DNA of 64,000 nucleotides, from NCBI GenBank assembly GCA_002104905.1, contig MCFE01000001.1:124001-188000 (forward strand), given 5' to 3'. Below, in pieces: positions 36,562 to 48,935 of this stretch; position 1 is the first letter of the stretch; the number at the start of each line of letters is the position of its first letter. The DNA is from Basidiobolus meristosporus CBS 931.73 (taxonomy: Eukaryota; Fungi; Basidiobolomycota). Under the pieces are notes generated by a model. The model was not told where the DNA came from and did no database searches. It worked only from the letters and a program-made list of their open reading frames with translations. A program made the position numbers and the translations under genes.

Positions 36562-39500
36562 AAGATCTCATTTCAGTGAGTGACTTTGGGCTTCCCATTT
36601 CTGGATACTCTATCATGTGTAGTCCTTTATCTGAGATTATGTGACCAAGGTATTCAACTGATCTGGTGAGGAATTCACACTTAGGAAGTTGTGCATATAG
36701 CTTGTGCTTTTTTAGTATAGCCAGTACTGTCTTCAAGTGCTTCATGTGGTCATCCATGCTGGTACTATAGATCAGAATGTCATCTAAGTAGACCAGGACA
36801 AATTTCTCTAAATATGGTTCCAGGATGCTATTCATGAGTGTCTGAAATGTTGCTGGGGCATTAGTCAGGCCAAAGCTCATCACAACAAACTCATAATGAC
36901 CATATCTTGTGTTGAATGCTGTCTTAGAGGTGTCTTCAGGCTTAATTCTGATTTGGTGATATCCAGATGCCAGGTCTATTTTAGAGAATATCTTTGCCTT
37001 CCCCAGTTGGTCAAAGAGGGCATCAATTCTTGGTAATGGGTAGGAATTTCTGACAGTGATTGCATTTAGGGCCCTGTAGTCCACACAGAACCGTAGCTTC
37101 CCATCCTTCTTTGGAGCAAAGAGTACTGGAGCTCCCCATGGTGATTTACTGGGTTTTATCCAGCCTTTAGCCAGGTAGTCCTTCAATGTTTCCTTCAAAG
37201 TCTCCATTTCCTTTGGGGAGAACTTATATGGGGCTCTGTTTCTTGGTTTATCATCTGTTACTTCTATGGCATGGTCAATCTCTCTGCTTGGGGGTAGTGC
37301 AGGGATTTCCTTGGGAAAAACCTCTTGAAACTCTGCTAACAAGGTCTTGAGCCTGTCATTTGTCACTTCTGTGGTCTCTTGGATTTTGGCAAAGGCTATC
37401 ATGTGCAACAGTTTGGGATTCTGTCTGATAGAGTGGGCAAACTGTTTCTTTGATATGGTGTGTTCTGGTGCATTGCCTTTGTCCAGGGTTGGTTTGGGTG
37501 ACAGATGATATTTTGCATCATCCTTGTTGATTACAACTTCCTGAGTCTGCCAGTTTATGTCAGGATTGTGCTTTCTTAGCCAAGTTTGTCCCACATTGAT
37601 TTCAAAGTTGGCTTGGGGTATGATAATTGGGGAAATGGTGTCTTGGAAGTCCCTGATTTGTAAAGTCAAGGGTTCAGTCCTGCTGTTCACTATAATTGAT
37701 TCCTTGGTGGCACAGAGGATGTGAATTGGGGGGCAAGGGATTGTTTGTAGCTTCATCTGATCAGCTACATCTTTTGAAATGTAGACATCAGTTGCTCCAC
37801 TGTCAATGAGTACAGAGACACATTGGTTGTTGTTGAGAATCCCTGGGAGTTTCAGCATCTTTGGGGTAGTATATAAGCTCTGAGTCCTCTGATACTCCTT
37901 AACAAGGCTGATTGTGTGCTCCTCCTCCTTAGTGGAGAGTTGGAATACTCTTTGTAATGGCCTCTTTGGGCATTCATTGACTTTATGACCCTGTTCCTTG
38001 CAGTAAAAGCATAGTCCAAGCTTGAAGCATTCCTCTTTAGAAGGTCTTGGTGTGCTCTGCATAACATCTAGGTCCATAGGCTCCAGTGTGTGGGGGTAGT
38101 GTGCACCTTGTTCAGTGATTGGTTGACTACCAATAGGTATGTGGTTATTGGCTTTGAGGCCTGTAGTAGTTCTTGAGTGACCAATTCTGTGGTTGACAGC
38201 CCTTCTGAAGTGTATGGCATCATATCTTTCTGCCAGTTCCATAGCCTCTACTAGGGTTTTGGGGTCTTTGTATTCAATTTCCCATCTAGTGTTGGATTTC
38301 AGGCCTCTTAGGTATTGCTCAAGTAGTTCAGTATCAGGCATGTTTTGAATTTCCATACTAAGCAAGTTAAACTGCTCATTGTACTCTTGAACAGACTTGG
38401 CTTGAAAGAGTTTGGACAGTTTTTCTCTTGCCATTCTATCAGCATTGATAGGTGTAAACCTCTTTCTCAATGCTTTAACAAAGTCAGCCCAGGAGGCTAT
38501 GGGTGGAAAGATGCCCCTATTCATTCCTTGAATGTGAAGTTTCCACCACATGGTTGCTTCCTTTCTGAAAAGTGAACAGGCATAATGTACTTTGACTTCT
38601 TCAGAGTCATCTGAGAAGTATAGGTACTGCTCTACTTCAAATATCCAAGTCTCTAGAGTGGCAGTGTGTCTTTTGCCTTCAAAGATGTTGGGTTTCTGAA
38701 GTTTCAGATTTGTTGCTCTATATTGTTTTGTGAAGTCCAGAGAGCCTTGCCCATCTTCTCCAAGATTCAAGGAATTGGGAGGCACCGCAGGTCTTACAGA
38801 TGAGGCTTCACCCTCTCTCTGTATACCTTGACCAGTAAACCATGATCTCTGGGTGTTCACAAAATGTAAAGAGTCCAAGTCTGTCTGCCTACCCATTCTT
38901 GGGTCCAGACTAGGGAGGGCCGCAGGCTCAGTTGTGTGGGACTGTCCTTGACCGGCTAACTCAGCAACTTGTTGTTCAAGACTCTCAATATAGGCCAACA
39001 TTTCTTCTGAAGAGCTAAATTTTGGCTTTTCTTCACTCATTTTGTTTTTGGGTATTGTTTGATTTGCGGTAGGCGGGTGTGTTTACCAAGGGGGCTGGTT
39101 CTCTGGCAGAATTGACTGGGTACTGTTTTTTTTCTTTTTTTGAGTGAAACGGAGGGTTTCTCTGGGAGGTTGGGAGGGTCTCGGGCAGGTACGGAGGGTA
39201 TCTCTGGACAATTGGAAGAATATCTGGGAGATCGGAAGAGTTTCTGGGAGATCGGAAGAGTTTCTGGGAGATCGGAAGAGTTTCTGAGAGATTGGAAAAG
39301 TTTCTGGGAGATCGGAAGAGTTTCTGAGAGATTGGAAAAGTTTCTGGGAGATCGGAAGAGTTTCTGAGAGATTGGAAAAGTTTCTGGGAGGTACGGAGGT
39401 TTTTGTTTTTTGGAGATCGGAGGTTCGCTGCTACCAATGTTATGAATCGAGGGCAAGCGGAGGAGGACCGGAGGATGTCCAATACGAATCAGAGAGGTTA

Positions 39501-39747
39501 TCTGAATAGTTGATGAACCGGTAAAAGGTTGATGCTTTATTGATAGTGTTCAAAGGAGTTTATATAGAGATAGCCTCGGAGGGAGAGCTTCCGATAACGT
39601 AGGGCAAGCTTCCAAAAGGAGGGTTCAAGATGTATTAAATAACGTGTGTATCACTGAGTGCGATTGATCGTCTGTGTGGAATTCCAGGTGTTCGATCAGT
39701 AGTGTTCAAGTGATCGGTAGTGACTAGTTAGGATTTAAATCATAACA
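36562..39747 (-). mobile_element. 5' half of Ty3/gypsy element (LTR 39438-39747, gag-PR-partial RT to 39040); right arm of palindrome
   Basis: Reverse complement of the left arm over 36638-39747. Confidence 0.93.
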
Positions 39748-39971
39748 ATAAGGTTCGGTTAATCCAAGTTCCTATTGCATTTTTTACTGCAACAACATTC
39801 ACTGAGTCTATGGTGGGTTCTGCTACGTTGGTTTTATATTCTTTGACCTCAGGGTATCCAGATTCCCGATGCTGTTGCTTGCTAGGCCAGTAATACTTGG
39901 GGAATGTCAGTCTCACTCTAGATCAAAGTGGAGCGATGTACCATAGCATTTCGTATACCTGCTCGTGTATA

Positions 39972-40055
39972 GCTGATTTGGCCGAGTGGTCTAAGGCGGG
40001 TGACTTAAGATCCCCTCCCGGAAACGGGGCGTGAGTTCGAACCTCACAGTCAGCA
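39972..40055 (+). tRNA. tRNA-Leu(TAA)
   Basis: GCTGATT...GGTGA CT TAA GA TCCCC (one mismatch), long variable arm, AGTCAGC A, T-run. Confidence 0.88.
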
Positions 40056-40579
40056 TCTTTTTCTTACTTGCCTGGATTCTATTCTATTTTGAGTCCCGGG
40101 TTATTTGTATGATCATTTCCCAATTAATTAATTGGATTCAATGCATCCAATTCAATTGAGTATACGGCCACTGGTGGTGCTCTTCATTTGGGTACACTGG
40201 CGGAGGAGCCTTTTCCCTTTCCCATCACCCGTCGACATGTTCCTTCCATTCACCACCCAGTTAGGTGGGATGCGGTGGCGATATAGACATTGCCAAGGCC
40301 AAGGAGTATGTGGAAACTCTGAATATGTAAGTAGGCCAACTTCCTGTATCTTTACCTTTGGGGAGTGGGCAATTGCTGCGCACAAAGTAATCCTAAATTT
40401 TAATTCTACCTCTTGATACAGCCTGGCCCAACCAGCCTAATCCTTATATCTCCCTTGATTTTCATACTCTGCTTCATCTGGCTGACCATCAATCAATTTC
40501 CGTCATTCCCATAGCTTGTCAGACTGAACCAAACCCCCGGGTAATTCAATCCTTGGGTATGACGAAGAGCAAAAAACTT

Positions 40580-40652
40580 TGGAGCTGCAGGGTATCGATC
40601 CCTGTGCCTCTCGCATGCAAAGCGAGCGCTCTACCATCTGAGCTACAACCCC
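40580..40652 (-). tRNA. tRNA-Ala(TGC)
   Basis: GGGGTTG...CTCGC TT TGC AT GCGAG...CAGCTCC A. Confidence 0.95.
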
Positions 40653-41225
40653 ATTCGATATACTCCTTCATGTAGCCGTGGAGTTTAATAATGAATTATA
40701 TTGCCTTTGAATTGACGTTTTGCCGAGTTTCCCTCGGTATTGGTTGCCAATATACGCCTGTGGAAGATCACTTGGCTCTGTCAGTATGTGTGTGCGTTCA
40801 CTCTCACTCTCACTCTCACACACCTCCATGTTCCCGAACTCTTTCTTTCTTTCATCTCTATCCCAGCCCGGCTACCTAACCCAAGCCAGTCCAGAGCAAA
40901 TACGCCCTCCAAACTCTTCTTGGGCAATACATAAATACATACTCCAGTAGAAATAATTCCATATCATCCCTTTGAATTCTTTACCCCAACTCAAAGATAC
41001 TCTTCACCCACACCCACCTAGCCATCAGTACGCATCCATTGGTGTGCGTGGGTGGATACTGGTGGCTAGTTGATTTGCTAGTAGGCCTATTGCTAAGGAG
41101 TTTGGCGACTTCCTTCCATGTATCGCGTTCCTCGCCGTTGCCACCCCTAACCCTATACACATTGCTCCGCTGCACTTACACTGAACAACTAATCTATCTA
41201 CCCTCCCAAAAGGTTTTCTAAAAAG

Positions 41226-41298
41226 TGGAGATTCCGGGTATCGATCCCGGTGCCTATCGCATGCGAAGCGATCGCTCTACCATTTGAGCTAAACCCCC
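41226..41298 (-). tRNA. tRNA-Ala(CGC)
   Basis: GGGGGTT...ATCGC TT CGC AT GCGAT...AATCTCC A. Confidence 0.95.
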
Positions 41299-41802
41299 AA
41301 AGCCTGAGTACCTTAATGTCGCCAATTACGAATACAAATATTAATAAAGAAAAAGCTCAACACAAAGATTCGAACCAGGGACCTTCTCTAAAGCTCGCGC
41401 AACTCGCTCACTTGAGTCCTCATTTGTGTTTTAAAATTGGCCTGGCTTGGCTGGCTGGCTGGCTGATTCGTTTTTCTTCTCCCTCACTGTTGCCTAATTA
41501 TCACATCTAGTGTTTGAGTGACCTCGTCTTTTGTAACAGATGCCTAGTATGCAAATATCCCCGCTACGTTTCTTAACAGGGTCTCATGTAGGCTGCTCTT
41601 CTTCCAGCATCCACTATGGCCGATTGCTATGCAGGAATGGAATGGTCTGGAGCTGGATCCACATTTATATACACCTCAGTATTATAGGAGATATTTGCTC
41701 TTTCTATTCGAATGGGGAATCCACACACTCTTGTTAGTTGTTGCTTGGCTACGCACCTAGTATGCCATCAATTAAAAGACACTACTCACCTAAGTCTGTA
41801 TA

Positions 41803-41886
41803 GCTGATTTGGCCGAGTGGTCTAAGGCGGGTGACTTAAGATCCCCTCCCGGAAACGGGGCGTGAGTTCGAACCTCACAGTCAGCA
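41803..41886 (+). tRNA. tRNA-Leu(TAA), copy 2
   Basis: Identical to 39972-40055. Confidence 0.88.
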
Positions 41887-42653
41887 TCTTTTGCTCTAAT
41901 TAGCTTTGGCTTTCAAATGCTAACTAATGCTGTTATTATTATCCCATATATCCGTTCTTTTGGCTGATGCCACCCATACATAGACACAATGACCTCAATT
42001 GTGCCTCCAATCTAATCCCCAGCTGTCACTACCTAGCTCCCCTCAGCTTTGCCATTGATAACACTCGTTTGTGCACCATTTGCTGTCTTACCTCAATTTA
42101 ATTGCCTTTTGGCACAATAAGGTACATGCTGCTTGCTTGGTTGCACCATGATCTGACCTCTGGTTAATGCTCTTTGTTCGGATTAGGGTTTGTGAAGAGA
42201 TTTTTCTCTGATATATTTCTCTGGAAGGGAGCAAAATGTGGGCAAAAATTTTACCAATAATTTCAGCATCCCTTCCCTTATGCAGTCAAGGGAATGTGCG
42301 GTTGGCCATCTGGTGGCACGTCCATATGTGTGTGGTGGGGGCAGTGTTCCTGTGAATCGAACCATGTACCCTTCAGTGTATCTAGATTATTCTTAGGCAA
42401 TATTCACCCAACCTACTAACTAGGCTAACATTCGCATTTTTAATTGTCTATGAAGCGCCACAGATTTCTCCTTAACACTGACGGGGACTAGACCCCTTAA
42501 TTAAGATCTCTAACTTATATGAGCTCCCTCGCCAGGTATTGATGCGGCTCTTGTATCACCTAAAAGAGGGGCGATAGCCAACGCAAACATAGTATATGCC
42601 TGACAGTAACGCAAGGAAGCAAAATACCAAAAATTGCACAAATTAAGTGTCAT

Positions 42654-42726
42654 TGGAGATTCCGGGTATCGATCCTGGTGCCTATCGCATGCGAAGCGAT
42701 CGCTCTACCATTTGAGCTAAACCCCC
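42654..42726 (-). tRNA. tRNA-Ala(CGC), copy 2 (one T-stem mismatch)
   Basis: Part of a duplication of 41226-41545 at 42654-42965; a CpG>TpG change gives an A-C pair in the T stem. Confidence 0.75.
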
Positions 42727-42960
42727 AAAGCCTGAGTACCTTAATGTCGCCAATTACGAATACAAATATTAATAAAGAAAAAGCTCAACACAAAGATTCG
42801 AACCAGGGACCTTCTCTAAAGCTTGTGCAACTCGCTCACTTGAGTCCTCATTTGTGTTTTAAAATTGGCCTGGCTTGGCTGGCTGATTCGTTTTTCTTCT
42901 CCCTCACTGTTGCCTAATTATCACATCTAGTGTTTGAGTGGCCTCGTCTTTTGTAACAGA

Positions 42961-44561
42961 TGCCTCTATGGACTTCATTACTGACCTCCCTGAGTCTTGT
43001 GGCTTCAATGCAATACTTGTAGTGGCTGACTGGCTGACCAAGATGGCCCACTTTATCCCTTGCAGTAAGAACACTGATGCAAAAGAAACTGCTGCATTAG
43101 TCCTGAAGAATATTTTCCACCTTCATGGTATCCCCAGTAATATTGTGTCAGATAGAGGCCCACAGTTTGTGTCCGAGTTTTGGAGACACTTCATGCAATA
43201 CCTTGGTGTTCAAGTCAGGCTCCCTACTGCCTTCCATCCACAGTCTGATGGCCAGACTGAAAGAATCAACCAGATTCTAGAGCAATACCTCCGGTGCTAT
43301 ATCAATTACCAGCAAGACAATTGGGTTGATTTACTCCCTGTTGCTGAGTTTGCCTACAACAACTCAAGCCATGGTGCAACCAGTTTTACACCATTCTATG
43401 CAAACTATGGATTGCACCCTCAGTTTGATATCCAGATTCCAACAAACCCAATGAGCCCACACATGGCTGAATATGTCCAAGCAATCCAGGACATCCAGAA
43501 TACCCTCAAGGAAGAGCTATCCTCAACTCAGGAAAGCTACAAGATATTTGCCAATCTAAAATGGCATCCCAGCCCTGATCTTAATGAAGGAGATTCAGTA
43601 TGGTTGCTCAGAAGAAACTTCAGCACCAACCACCCTTGTGACAAATTGGATTTCAAGAAACTTGGTCCCTTCAAGATTAAAAAGAAGCTTAGCCCTATAG
43701 TATACCAGCTACAGTTACCAGCAAGTATGAAAGTCCATGATACTTTCTATGTGCCCCTCCTGGAGCTGTATTGTAAGAACACCTTGCCAAACCGGCAAGA
43801 AGCAAAGCCCCAAGCCATCCAGGTTGACCAACATCAAGAATTTGAAGTTAAACAGATTCTAGACTCCTAGTATATCTGGTCAAAGCTGTACTACTTAGTA
43901 GACTGGATTGGTTATGGTCCAAGTGACCAAACATGGGAACCAGCTACCCATCTCACTAATTGTCAAGAACTAGTTACCCAGTTCCACCAGCAATATCCTA
44001 CAAAACCTGCCTCAAAGGGAAACAGAGCTTTACCTGGAAGAGGAGAATAGTGTCATGATCACACAACAACCATGAACACCCATGCCAAGTTTCAGCTTCC
44101 TAGCTCAATTTCTAAGAGATTCCTTCTGGAACCTTGTACCACCTTCCAGAAAGTTCCTGACCATTCCAAACCATTGTTACACAATGGAACATTCCATGGA
44201 AGCTTCCCATTGTATTTTTCATAGTCCAGTACCATATATGGAAATACCAGGTTATATGACTTAGTTACATGATCAGGCAACCCAATCCATTTCCCCATCA
44301 TGCCTCAGTGCCTTGCCTTCTATATTATTATCCCCAGCACTGCTGCTGTGCCTCACCCCACAACCCCATGAGTATTAGCTAATATCTCTCAGCTTCAGTA
44401 TAGCCAAAAAGTATATATAGTCCTATCCCCCCTTATGTATTCCTCAGTCTGATAAACACAGGTCTTGAATAAAAAGCCTTGCCTTGTTGATCCACACCTA
44501 AGTCCTTTCCTGGTCCTGCCTTGCCTAGCTCTACTCTCCAGCCTTGTGTCTATTCATAACA
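42961..44561 (+). mobile_element. 3' fragment of a chromodomain-bearing Ty3/gypsy element (chromovirus): integrase, chromodomain, PPT, LTR about 44051-44561
   Basis: MDFITDLP, NIVSDRGPQF and QSDGQTERINQ; after a premature stop, YLVDWIGYGPSDQTWEP (chromodomain); PPT AAGAGGAGAATAG then TGTCATGA...TCATAACA. Confidence 0.9.
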
Positions 44562-47500
44562 GTAAGGGGGTTGGAGTAGTTGTCTTTGATCTTGCTAGTT
44601 GACATTCTTGGCATGACTGGATGGTTTGTGCTATGTCCCTTTTCATCTTTGGCCACCACACATTTTGTTTCATTATGTCATATGTACCTTGTGTTCCCAA
44701 GTGACCAAATCCCTTATGGAGCTTTTGTAGGGTATCTGCTTGGCATGCATGTGAGACAAAGGGTACAGGTCCCAAGTTGGGTATGCGTCAATAAAGTACT
44801 TCATCTTCTCCAAAGGTAAAGTGGTTTGCTGCTTGTTGTATTTTTTCCCTGATTTCTGTAGAGGCCTCTAGGGGAATGTTGCCTATGGATAAGTACTCTG
44901 GTAAGTACTTAGGCCAGTCTTTATCAAGTTCAATCAAAAACAGATCTTGGAGTCCAGGGTTTTGTGAAATTGCATCCGCAGCCAGGTTGTTTTTCCTGGT
45001 ATATAATGGATCTGGAAGTCATATATCTGTAACAGTGCAGTCCAGTGTGCCATTTGTTGTGATAGCTGTTTCTGTGTGGTAAGGTACTTTAGCAAGTTGT
45101 GGTCTGTAAATATCTTGAACTGTTGTCCCTCTAAGTAGGGTTGCCACTTCTTGACACAATGTATGATTGCCAGTAGTTCCCGCTCATGTACAGGAAAGTT
45201 ACTTCCTGCTTGCAAGAGTTTCTTTGATTTGTATGCAATGGGGTGTTTGTTTGGCTTGGTGTCTTCTTGTACTAGTATTCCTCCAACCGCAAAGTCAGAT
45301 GCATTAGTGTACACCTTGAATGGCTTTGCAAAGTTGGGGTACATCAGGATAGGTGTCTTGAATAGTGCATCTTTCAACTGTTGGAAAGCCGTATTACACA
45401 ATGATGTCCATTCAAACAGTTGTCCTTTCTGCGTGAGGTTAGTCAGGGGTAAGGCTTTCTCTGCAAAGTCTTTGACAAACCATTGGTAGTAGGATGCTAG
45501 TCCAAGAAAGGATTGCACCTTGGTGATGGATCCAGGTTGTTTCCATTCATGGATTGCTTGCATTTTCTGTGGGTCCACTTCAATCCCCTTTGCTGACACT
45601 ATATGTACAAGGTACTCAATGGATGGCATCAGGAACATGCATTTTGCTCTTGATGCAAATAGTTGATGTTTTTGTAGTATGGTGAACACTATGCATAGGT
45701 GGTTGAGATGTTTATCTGTTTTCTTACTGAATACTAATATGTTGTCTAGGTACACAACAACAAACTTGCCCAAGGTGTTCTACAAATATAGAGTTCATCA
45801 ACAATTGGAAGGTTGCCAGAGCATTGGTTAGACCAATACTCATAACAACAAATTTGTAATGGCCAAAAGGTGTGTTGAATGTGGTTTTTGGTATATCACC
45901 CCTTTTGACTTGTATTTGGTGGTAACCTAACTGTAGGTCTATTATTGAGAATACTTGTGCTCCATACAAGAGGTCAAGCACCACATTAATATGGGTAACG
46001 GATATGCATTTTGCACTGTTGTGGCATTCAAAGTGTGATAACCAATACAGAGTTGAAGTGTTGTGGTAGGGTAAACATACCTCCCACAGACAAGTTTATT
46101 CATATAGCCATTATGATGTAATTATCCATATTTTATCTTATCAGTATTATCCCATTCTTCTTTTGCCCATATTATCAGTATTATCCCCATATGATGTTTA
46201 CCCTGATTAGTTATTAGCATTAGTTATCCCAGATGTTATTCAGCCTTGTGATCAGTGTATGTATCTACATAAGGCAAGTACCCACGTCAGTACCCATGAC
46301 ACATGACTTAGGTCTGTGTTACTATCCCTACCATTTCAATACCATATATGGTATTTCTATGTGGCACAGGTTTCAGACTACTGATTCCTGATTGGTTGGA
46401 TGTGCTGTGCCTTTTAGAACCTTCCAGGACATTCTTAGCATATTTTTGGCTCATAGTGATGTCATCAAGAATTCCACTGATACCTAGAATCTTCTAGAAC
46501 CTTGTCATTAGTAATCACTTGGCAATCAGGAAAAGTATTTAAGGGAAAGCAATCCCTCATTAATAAATCATCCCTTCTATCAGTAACACTTCTACCTTAT
46601 TGATTAGCAGTTGATCACTGCACCTGCCTTCAACAGTACATCTCAGACCTGCCATCAAGGAGCTTTTTGGGGTAGCACACAAGACACACAGAGGCCTTTG
46701 GAGACACTTGGAGCACCCAGGAAGCTAGAGAAGCAGGAGCTTTTACCATAGTGATATATTCACAAAGACACAAGCAGTTTAGACACAGAGGTTATTGCAC
46801 CCATCAGACACCTCACACACCTTGAGTTGTGTAGCTTCTCCCAGGAGTACCTCTACATCACCACAGTGTGGCAATTTTCTTCATTGTAAATAAGACAGGT
46901 GCACCCCTTGGTACTTGCTAGGGTGGATCCACCCTTTACGCAAGTATACTTCTAAATACTCATGTAACACCTCCATTTCTTTAGGGTTCAACCAATATGG
47001 GGCCCAACTGACAGGTCTACTCTGTATTAACTCAATCTCATGGTATACCTCACGTTCTGGTGGTAAGTGTGGGATTTCCTCAGGGAACACATTGGAAAAT
47101 TCTTCAACCAGGCATTGTACTTGGGGATTAATGGGTTGTTCACTCTTCCCATGAGTAACATACACCAGGAAAGATGTTCTCTCATTATCCTCCTTATTAA
47201 CCTTGGTAAATTGCTACTTTGATAGTGGCTTCTTCTCATTGGCTAGTTGCCTTTGAAGGTTAGCTTGTGGTCTCAAGGTAACCCAGCTGTTGCCTTCCTG
47301 GATTGTAACCTCTTGTGTTCTCCAATCTGTTGGGGGGTTAAACCTCACATGCCAACTTTGCCCTAGAATTATATCAAAGTTTGCATTTGGTATTACTGCA
47401 GGGGTTATGGTACTGGCATGAGTGCCTAGTGTTGACATGCTTGGTTTGGTTCTGTGGTTCACTTGTTTGGGGTGTTGTGCTGCAAAGCAAATCAATGTGG

Positions 47501-48935
47501 GGTTGCAGTGTTGCTTTGGGGGTTGTAGTTGGTTAACTAACTCCTTGGATATATATGTGTCCACTGCTCCACTATCCAAGAGTATGTCAACAGATATGTC
47601 ATTCACAGTTCCTTCCAATACTAATAACTTTGGATGGATCTGTAGGCTAGTAGCATCAACCACATTAATTAGCTGGTATACCTTATGATTGACTGTCTGA
47701 ATGGACTGCAATGTGTTCCTTGTTTGTGGTTGTACAGGATAATCTTGTAATAGGTGACCATGTTTCTTACAGTAAAAACATAGTCCCATTTTCATACATT
47801 CTTTGTTAGATATTGTGCCCTGTTTGTGACAATATCATGTCAAGGTCCATAGGGTCTAGGTTGGGTGTGCAGAATTGTGTTGCATTGGTGGGTTTCTTTA
47901 TCCCTGCTCCGGTGTTTCTATTGGTAGTCCAATGTACTGGAGTGTAATGCCAACCAAATGGATAGAGTCATATTGTTTGGCTATGGCCATGGCTTTGGAC
48001 AAAGAGGTAGGGTCACCGTATTTAATTTCCAAGCATGTCTGGTAACATAGGCCTTGGAGGTAGTGTTCCATCTGTTCAGTGTCAGGCATATTGGGGATTT
48101 CAAGCATCAATGTATTGAATTGTTGGTTGTAGTCCTGAACAGTCTTTGTCTGGTTCAACTTATACAGCTTATCTCTTGCATTTTGTACTGCATTGACTGG
48201 GATAAACTGCTTTTGGAGGGCTGCCACAAAAATATCCCAGGTGTTTATACTGGGGAATAAGTTCTGTGCTATACCCTGTTTATAAAGTTTCCACCAGAGT
48301 GTAGCTTCTTTTTGGAAAAAGGTGGCAGCAAACTTGAACTTTATAATGTCTGGGTCAGCAGAAAATGTCAGGTATTGTTCCATCTCAAAGATCCAGGTTT
48401 CTAAAGTCATGGCATGTTTCTTCTCTTCAAAGATATTAGGCTTTGCTAGCTTCAAGGTATTTCCAAGGGTATTTTGTGTTGTTGTCTGTTGAGGGCTCAT
48501 AGTCAACTGTGTTAACTGTCTTTCAATCTGTGCAATATAGTCATCCATATCTTCTACACTATCAAATTTTGGGCAAGACATTTTGCTTTTTAGTACTTCT
48601 GCATCAAGGGATCAAGGGTCACAGGTCAGGATTTGTGGGTGTCTTTCAAGAAGTACATTTTTTGCTGCTACCAATGTTGTAATCTTGGTACAAATAGAGA
48701 TAGGATCTTGGGAATAGGTACTAAGAGTAGGTTTATTCAAAGGGATCTTAGGAGCTTGGGCTGGGATGGGTCAAGGATGGATTAAGGCTAATAACTATAA
48801 CTAACTATGTGTTCCTTTTCTTGCCTGTCCTTTTAAGTATTCCTTAACCTTGGTCCAGGCTTGGTAAGGTGGTACCATATTAGGTACTAGGCTTGTAGGT
48901 AATGTTAACTGGATTTCTGGGCCCTAACTGTAGCA
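44562..48935 (-). mobile_element. Degenerate Ty3/gypsy element related to the intact family; 5' LTR about 48675-48935
   Basis: Gag [29 protein letters not shown]; CFYCKKHGH; LLDSGA; VYLDNIL; RNase H; HKGFGH...CQEC; PBS TGGTAGCAGCA; many stops and almost no CpG. Confidence 0.9.
46067..46820. repeat. Probable solo LTR nested in the RT of the degenerate gypsy element; related in inverted orientation to about 52820-53040
   Basis: Interrupts RT homology; shares CCAACCAATCAGGAA...CTGAAACCTGTG...AAATGGTAGGGATAGT with 52.9 kb. Boundaries are approximate. Confidence 0.55.

Larger units (their letters stand above)
40662..42203. repeat. About 1.54-kb segmental duplication, CpG-retaining copy
   Basis: Colinear with 48936-50473. 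Confidence 0.92.

Noticed and set aside
40132-40416. Coding-like fragment ending in GTAAGT
   Set aside because: I could not build a coherent gene model or recognise a motif.
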